Of a stretch of 64,000 bases of DNA, positions 58,233-64,000 are shown piece by piece. The notes under the pieces were generated by a model. It made no database searches. It was not told the DNA's origin and was given only the letters and a program-made list of their open reading frames with translations. The position numbers and the translations under genes were made by a program. How positions within the stretch are numbered: position 1 is the first letter of the stretch; every line of letters starts with the position of its first letter. The stretch comes from Chitinophaga pinensis (lineage in GTDB: Bacteria > Bacteroidota > Bacteroidia > Chitinophagales > CAMDFR01): contig CAMDFR010000013.1 of NCBI GenBank assembly GCA_945897725.1, positions 2,969-66,968 of the forward strand, in the 5' to 3' direction.

Positions 58233-58253
58233 TCTTTGAAAATTTATTTTAAT

Positions 58254-59624
58254 TTACTTGACAAAAAGCTTTTGACGCATGACTCCATTTATCGTCACAA
58301 GATAAATTCCAGAAGCATAATTCGATACGCTAAGTGTTGTTTCTGTTCTAGTATCTATATATTTTTCACTCTTCATCAATCTGCCTGAAACATCTGTAAT
58401 ACTTATGTTTTGAATCGGTACCTCACTATGGATTTTAAACTGATTTGAGGTTGGATTCGGATACATTTCAAATGCAGGATTTATTGTAGTAGTTGCTATA
58501 CCAGTACTTTCATCTTTTAATCTACTAGCTACCGCTGTCATACAGTTTTGGAAGTTTCTCATTAAATCAAAATATTGTCCAGCTTCAAAATCATAGGCAA
58601 TCTCACTTACTTTGTTTCCAGTGATTAATGAAACCCCCACAATAGCATTGCCTGTACTAAAGTAGTATGTCATTGTATTTGGATCCACAGCTGCACCACC
58701 ATTTAAGGAGTAACCACCATAGCATACAGTAGAAGGAGACACAGTGGTTACGAAACCTGTGTTCGGATTTATTTTTCCTAAGCGAACAGTAGCAGAGTCA
58801 AATACTTGAAATGAATCACCCGGAAAGGTTGGATCGTAGGTCCATGAGAAATAATTCTTACGCACTAGACCGTAAATGCCTGTATCTGCACAACTGTATG
58901 CAAAATTATCGAAGATGTCGCCATCGTAATTGACGATGTGCGCATCGCTGTATACACTGCCGTCGTATATGTCTACACCAATCAATCTATAACCATTCGA
59001 ATAATAATATACCATCTGAAATGGGTCAATGGTAGAACCTGCCAAGGCAAAGCCTTCACCAATCGAAGAAGCAGAAATGATGGAGATCAATCCTGTACTC
59101 GTATTTAGTGTAGCGAGGCGTAAGGAAGTGGAGTCAAGCACATCAATGGAATCAAGCGGGAAGGTAGGATCTAAAATCCGTGAAATATAATTTGTTCTTG
59201 CTAGACCATAGAGACTACTATCGGCATTACAAAATCTAAAATTATCAAAGTAACTATCTTCGACAGCGCTGTACATGAGCTCCCTATTTGTAGTATTTCC
59301 AGTTCTAAGATCTAAGGAAATCACATCTCTGTAACCCAAAAAAATAAATGTGCTATCATAAGGGTTTAATGCCGCACCGGTAAGGTTAACAGCTCCATTA
59401 ATTCTATTCGATCCGATGTTGCTCACAAAGCCTATTGAAGGATCTAAACTACCTAATTGTATGGTCGCAGAATCGAATACTTCAAAGGAGTCGCCAAGCA
59501 TAATGGGATCTGTAACCCATGAGAAGTAATTTTGACGAACAATTCCATAGAGATTATTGGATGATTGTGCCTTTAAAAACGGCGCAAAGAGTAAAAGAAA
59601 GAAGAGGCATTTTAATGTTTTCAT
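58254..59624 (-). CDS. T9SS-sorted secreted protein with three internal repeats of about 140 aa each
   Basis: Signal peptide MKTLKCLFFLLLFAPFLKA. A recurring block is (L/I)YG(I/L)(V/A)R.NY(F/I)S...DP.(F/M)P.DS(F/I).V(F/L)DS(A/T)...L(G/A).(L/I)(D/N)..(T/I)G(F/L)(V/I). The C-terminus FEMYPNPTSNQFKI...YASGIYLVTINGVMRQKLFVK is a T9SS domain. Confidence 0.8.
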   Translation of the reverse strand: MKTLKCLFFLLLFAPFLKAQSSNNLYGIVRQNYFSWVTDPIMLGDSFEVFDSATIQLGSLDPSIGFVSNIGSNRINGAVNLTGAALNPYDSTFIFLGYRDVISLDLRTGNTTNRELMYSAVEDSYFDNFRFCNADSSLYGLARTNYISRILDPTFPLDSIDVLDSTSLRLATLNTSTGLISIISASSIGEGFALAGSTIDPFQMVYYYSNGYRLIGVDIYDGSVYSDAHIVNYDGDIFDNFAYSCADTGIYGLVRKNYFSWTYDPTFPGDSFQVFDSATVRLGKINPNTGFVTTVSPSTVCYGGYSLNGGAAVDPNTMTYYFSTGNAIVGVSLITGNKVSEIAYDFEAGQYFDLMRNFQNCMTAVASRLKDESTGIATTTINPAFEMYPNPTSNQFKIHSEVPIQNISITDVSGRLMKSEKYIDTRTETTLSVSNYASGIYLVTINGVMRQKLFVK

Positions 59625-60092
59625 TGACTTTAAATGTTGTTTTTAATGGCTATCACAAACAACATAAAGATAAGACGGAATGTTTATTTCTTCTCCTGAA
59701 GGCAACAATAGGATACCTGTTGGTGAGGTTATCGTTTAGTTAACCAATTAGTTAGCGATTTTAAGTGTCAATAAAAAAATAGACGAAATATCGGAGTTGT
59801 ACGCCACTGACTTGAAATTTTTGTTTTGATGTTTCATTCAACTGAATAAAGTGATGCTCGGAATGGCCTGCCAACAAGCCATCCATTGGTCTATCTATCC
59901 ACCGCTCAGCATCAGAAGTCTTAGAACGCGTATTTTTTTGTTTCATTTAGTATTGAACTACAATCGGCCAGTGTCTACTGACTATTATGTAAAATTATGA
60001 TATCTATCATATGAATAGAATGTAAATATTTTGATTAAAATGAATTTGTCTCGCTAATACTTATTAAGTTTACAAGAATAAATTCTATTGTT

Positions 60093-60902
60093 ATGAAAAA
60101 TATATTAGTTCCTGTGGACTTTTCCGATGCTTCGTTGAATGCACTAAATTTCGCCATTGAAGTAGCGAAAAAAAATACGGCAGCAATAAAGTTATTGCAT
60201 GTTTGTAGCCCACCCTATGCGGATCCTTCTATTGACGCTATTTCTACCTCCCAATTTATTCAGAGCATCCTTGAGAATGCCAATGAACAAATCGATACAT
60301 TGATCGCTACTTTTTCTAACAATGGTGTTTCGATGAGTAAATTAGTGGTTGTTGGATCTTTGAATAGTTTTGTGAATAGCGAATCAGATGTCGATTTGAT
60401 TGTAATGGGCACTACTGGTGCTTCTGATGCCATTAATAAATATTTAGGATCGAATACCCTTAGCGTGATCAACAATACTAAAGTGCCATTGCTTGTGGTG
60501 CCTAAGGATTTGAGTTTCCAAGTGAAAAGGGCTTTATATGCCACCCAATTAGATTTTGAGGAATATGCTGCGATTGACCAGGCTTTGTTGTTCTGTAATC
60601 AATTATCGGTGGATATGGATTTTGTGCATATACAAACGGAAGAAGAAATGAATATCGTGAGAGATGATTTGATTATTTCTAAAATGAAAGAAAAATATGG
60701 GCATGATGTTCAGATTCATTTTCACAACAATAGTTCTGTGGTAAAGGGTTTAAACGAATACATGGATGAGCATCACTACGATTTATTGATGGTGGCGCAT
60801 CGAGATAGAAATTTTATTACTCGATTTATAGATCCAGGTACCACTAAGAGCATTGCGCTATATAGCCATGCACCTGTACTTTTCTATCATATCAATTACT
60901 AA
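60093..60902 (+). CDS. Universal stress protein (tandem UspA domains)
   Basis: MKNILVPVDFSDAS...DLIVMGTTGAS in the first domain. The second domain ends in PVLFYH. Confidence 0.88.
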   Translation: MKNILVPVDFSDASLNALNFAIEVAKKNTAAIKLLHVCSPPYADPSIDAISTSQFIQSILENANEQIDTLIATFSNNGVSMSKLVVVGSLNSFVNSESDVDLIVMGTTGASDAINKYLGSNTLSVINNTKVPLLVVPKDLSFQVKRALYATQLDFEEYAAIDQALLFCNQLSVDMDFVHIQTEEEMNIVRDDLIISKMKEKYGHDVQIHFHNNSSVVKGLNEYMDEHHYDLLMVAHRDRNFITRFIDPGTTKSIALYSHAPVLFYHINY

Positions 60903-62610
60903 ACTCGTGTTGAGTAGCGATTAGTTGGTCTGTGATTTGGTCCATTTCTTTCGCTAAGAAAATGCTTATTTCCTGAATATTTTCTTCTATAAATGGCGAA
61001 GGAATATTCAGCTCCTTAATTACGTCACCATAACAAAGTGTGTGACTTTTGTTGCATAATGCTAAATACAATTGCCAGCCTTTATCAAAATCTTCTTTGA
61101 TAATTTTCCATATATAAATGGAGACGTAGGTTGCTAATGCATAGTCAATATAATAAAATGGAATTGTGATGATATGTGCGTTGCTTTTCCATTCGTTGCC
61201 GAGCGCAGCAAATTCATTGTCATCATAGTCTTTACGCGCATTATATTTTTCACACAGCGAGAGATAAATGGCATTCCTTTCTTCATCTGTGAGCTTTTCA
61301 TTTTTGTAAATGATTTCTTGAAATTCATCTCCAATGCACTGTTTATTCAACATCGAAAAAGCCCTGTTGATATTAAATAACTTATATTTTGTTCCGTCTT
61401 TTTCAAAAAATAAATCCACCCAATTCAATGTCAAAAATTCCATGGTATGTGAAAAAATCTCAGCAACATCAATGGTTGGCAATGGACTTGAGGTAGCACC
61501 ATGTCTAAAGGCAGCATCCATTTGAAAGGAATGTCCTAGCTCATGTGTCATCACTACAAAATCAAAAGTAGAATGTGTTAAACTCGTGAGAATAGGTGTG
61601 AACTTATATTTGGGAAGCATGGTCGCAAATCCACCTTGTATCTTGTTTGCCTTATTTTCTATCAACAATAATTCTTGATCAATCATTCTATGAATAAAGG
61701 AACCAGTCTCTTTAGAGAGCTCTTCATACATCCTTACCACCTGTTTCATAAATGTTTGATGATCGCCTTTTGGCACTGGATTGCCACTTGAAAATAAAAT
61801 GGCTTCGTCATAATATTTAATGCTGTCTAGGTGTAAGTCAGCCAACTTATGCTTCTTTATCTTATGATAGAGAGGCGAAAGATATTTCGAAGCATGGGTT
61901 CTATACTGCGCTATATCATCCGTATTATAGCCAATACGATTCATGGCGATATTCGAAAAGTCAGCATAGTCTTTGAATCCTAACAATCTTGCTTTCTCAT
62001 TTCTTAATTTCACTAATTGATCAAAGATATTGGCAATGGTTTCTTTATTTGTTTGAAGAAAGTCAGCATCTGCTTCGTAAGCTTTTTTCCTTATCTCACG
62101 ATCAGGGTCTGTCATTAATTTCATTAAGGACATCTGGTTATAAGGCTTTCCATCTACCAGATAGCTTGCTTGAGAGGTTAGTGTTTGGTACTTTTGGGTA
62201 AGCTCGTTTATTTGTTGATCAATGGCTGTGGTACTTTCATTGGATGTTAAAGCAACATTTTCTAGTATTTTAAACCGAGTATGACCAATTTGTACCATCA
62301 ATTGCTCTTTAAACTTGCTCTTCACAAAAGCGCTGTAATATTGATTCAGCCTGCTTTCTATGATGGGTGATTGTTGTGTTAGAAAAATATATTCACCCTT
62401 AAAAAACTCATTCGCGGTATTATCAGAATAGCGTAAGCTTACATAACTTGCAAAACTGATTGCTTCAATTTCAATGGTATCAATGTTTCTATAACTAGAC
62501 ATTACTGATTCAAAGCTTTCATCCTTTGCGCACTCAAGGATAGCTTCATCGATTTGATGTATGAATAGATCGAAATCTAATCTTTTGTATATAATATCAG
62601 AAAATTTCAT
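60892..62610 (-). CDS. M3 family oligoendopeptidase (PepF-like)
   Basis: HELGHSF zinc motif with a downstream Glu (EIFSHTMEF). Length 572 aa. Its 3' end overlaps the convergent USP gene by 11 nt. Confidence 0.88.
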   Translation of the reverse strand: MKFSDIIYKRLDFDLFIHQIDEAILECAKDESFESVMSSYRNIDTIEIEAISFASYVSLRYSDNTANEFFKGEYIFLTQQSPIIESRLNQYYSAFVKSKFKEQLMVQIGHTRFKILENVALTSNESTTAIDQQINELTQKYQTLTSQASYLVDGKPYNQMSLMKLMTDPDREIRKKAYEADADFLQTNKETIANIFDQLVKLRNEKARLLGFKDYADFSNIAMNRIGYNTDDIAQYRTHASKYLSPLYHKIKKHKLADLHLDSIKYYDEAILFSSGNPVPKGDHQTFMKQVVRMYEELSKETGSFIHRMIDQELLLIENKANKIQGGFATMLPKYKFTPILTSLTHSTFDFVVMTHELGHSFQMDAAFRHGATSSPLPTIDVAEIFSHTMEFLTLNWVDLFFEKDGTKYKLFNINRAFSMLNKQCIGDEFQEIIYKNEKLTDEERNAIYLSLCEKYNARKDYDDNEFAALGNEWKSNAHIITIPFYYIDYALATYVSIYIWKIIKEDFDKGWQLYLALCNKSHTLCYGDVIKELNIPSPFIEENIQEISIFLAKEMDQITDQLIATQHEFSN

Positions 62611-62642
62611 GGACTTTTTTTTTCAAATGTAAAGGAAATAAT

Positions 62643-62675
62643 CAAAAAAAACACTGACCAAGATTGATCAGTGTT
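62643..62675 (-). terminator. Rho-independent terminator of the DUF4139-like gene
   Basis: Minus strand: ACACTGA-tcaatcttgg-TCAGTGT followed by T8. Confidence 0.65.
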
Positions 62676-62726
62676 GTAAAATTTCATGATAGTTGTTTGA
62701 GCACCTATTCAAGCATAGATCTTCTA

Positions 62727-64000
62727 CTAATTTGTTTCTTCAATCATTTTATCCTTTGGATACTTAATGGTATACATCAATCTGATTTTTTTTGAACTAT
62801 TGGCAGGAATATGTATTTTCCAACTTAATTTACCATAGTCTGCCAAGTATTCTGCACCGCTCATGTCATCTATTTCTACTTTGATATCATCACTTTTTGA
62901 AATGGGAACTTGATCTAAAATCTCTATATCGATATCACTGCTTTTATTGTTTTTAATGCTTGTTTCATAAGCATAGGTCTCAGATTTATTACTGGCAATG
63001 ACTTTTATTTTTGAAAAATCTACGAGTTTGGTTCGATTTACTATAATCTGCTCATCTTTTCCTAATGACAATAACATGGTATCACTAGCAATATTTGGAT
63101 CGAGCATCGATTGTCCAACATAGGCACCTTCGAAGAAAATATTTGCTGTACCAGGCAGTAAATTGTACTTGCCATAATCAGTGACCTTAGCCAATAAAAA
63201 GGCTGCTGGGTCTAGCTTTGGAACCGCATGATACTGATAGGTAGCGGGCAAATCAAATTGATCAATAGCAACCATATGTTCTTTACCATCACTAGCAATA
63301 TCATGATTGATTTTTAATTTGTATTCAACATTCATAAAATTACTATTGATTGTCGATGCTACTTGTTCCTGTTCCTTGAATTCATCATCTCTATTCTTAT
63401 CACCTTCGCTCTTTTCCATAGAGAGATAGGCCATATTGCCTCCTGAAACTGGCGCCATGGATCTGGTCGTTGTCACGTCATTATATGCCACTCTATAGTT
63501 CACGTAGCTTGGGTTCATGATGGGTCTATCGTTGTTTTTTGCTGGATTGCCAGTGGAAATGGTCAGGTTTACATCAGTCCAATCGAAACCACTATTCTGA
63601 TAAACATTTGCTTTATACCCTAATTGAATAGCTTTGTTCCAGCCTTCGCTGCGCATGTCATATTGTGGTGTCCAACCAGCATTACTCACAATATAAGAAC
63701 AACGAATGGCCCCTGAGATCGCTTCATCCGCACTGACGGTTAATACAATCTGTCCATTGGCTTTGTTTAAATTAGCGCTCCATTCTGCTAATTGGTTTTC
63801 AAGATTTATTTTGACCAATGCTAATTTTCTTTGTTGTTTGCTCAGTTCTAATAATTTTTCTTTGATCTCCATCATCCTTGTTCTATATAGGTTGGCAAGA
63901 TTGCTTACCTCTAAGGCTGTGAAGTTATTCTTTTCATTCACCAATGATTTATTCGACTCAATCAATGCCATCTCTCCACCATATACATTTCTTTGCTCTT
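62727..64000 (-). CDS. DUF4139-type (mucoidy inhibitor MuiA-like) protein, N-terminus outside the window
   Basis: The frame stays open upstream of the Met at 63971 (…EQRNVYGGE-MALIES…) to the window edge. The coiled-coil segment followed by a long beta-rich C-terminal domain is typical of DUF4140/DUF4139 proteins. Family assignment is from memory of the architecture. Confidence 0.6.
   Translation of the reverse strand, partial: EQRNVYGGEMALIESNKSLVNEKNNFTALEVSNLANLYRTRMMEIKEKLLELSKQQRKLALVKINLENQLAEWSANLNKANGQIVLTVSADEAISGAIRCSYIVSNAGWTPQYDMRSEGWNKAIQLGYKANVYQNSGFDWTDVNLTISTGNPAKNNDRPIMNPSYVNYRVAYNDVTTTRSMAPVSGGNMAYLSMEKSEGDKNRDDEFKEQEQVASTINSNFMNVEYKLKINHDIASDGKEHMVAIDQFDLPATYQYHAVPKLDPAAFLLAKVTDYGKYNLLPGTANIFFEGAYVGQSMLDPNIASDTMLLSLGKDEQIIVNRTKLVDFSKIKVIASNKSETYAYETSIKNNKSSDIDIEILDQVPISKSDDIKVEIDDMSGAEYLADYGKLSWKIHIPANSSKKIRLMYTIKYPKDKMIEETN

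Overview
AT-rich chromosomal segment that looks like Bacteroidota. The evidence is several type IX secretion (T9SS) C-terminal sorting domains, an alternative complex III (ACIII) plus aa3-type cytochrome oxidase supercluster, BshC, and Bacteroidetes-style -33 TTTG / -7 TAnnTTTG promoter motifs. I can support about 50 protein-coding genes and 2 tRNAs (Arg-CCT, Leu-CAA). I see no rRNA, CRISPR array, transposase, integrase or prophage signal. Most of the window is housekeeping: priA, atpDC, a roughly 16 kb respiratory cluster (actABCDEF, cox II/I, cyoE, cox III/III/IV, SCO, DUF420), lipA, kup, rlmI-like, rseP, ribD, bshC, lpxD and panB. These are interleaved with secreted or T9SS-sorted proteins. 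Four things seem worth a second look. (1) A DltB-sized MBOAT and a DltD-like gene are translationally coupled, and are followed after 1 nt by a 30-codon micro-ORF that is too short for the ORF track. It encodes one TM helix and ends in Y-L-Y-A-G-F, which resembles the DltX 'acyl shuttle' tyrosine hexapeptide. No DltA or DltC is present in the window, and the host should lack teichoic acids. (2) A dispersed family of GC-rich, multi-hairpin intergenic elements has at least 8 copies. Two copies show compensatory changes in a bulged hairpin. These elements also explain several spurious ORFs in the track. (3) A 735-bp stretch has no ORF of 60 aa or more on either strand and is packed with these elements. 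(4) Several secreted proteins have strong internal repeats, including a small three-repeat protein that may be a beta-trefoil. All functional calls come from reading motifs in the supplied translations. No database search was run.
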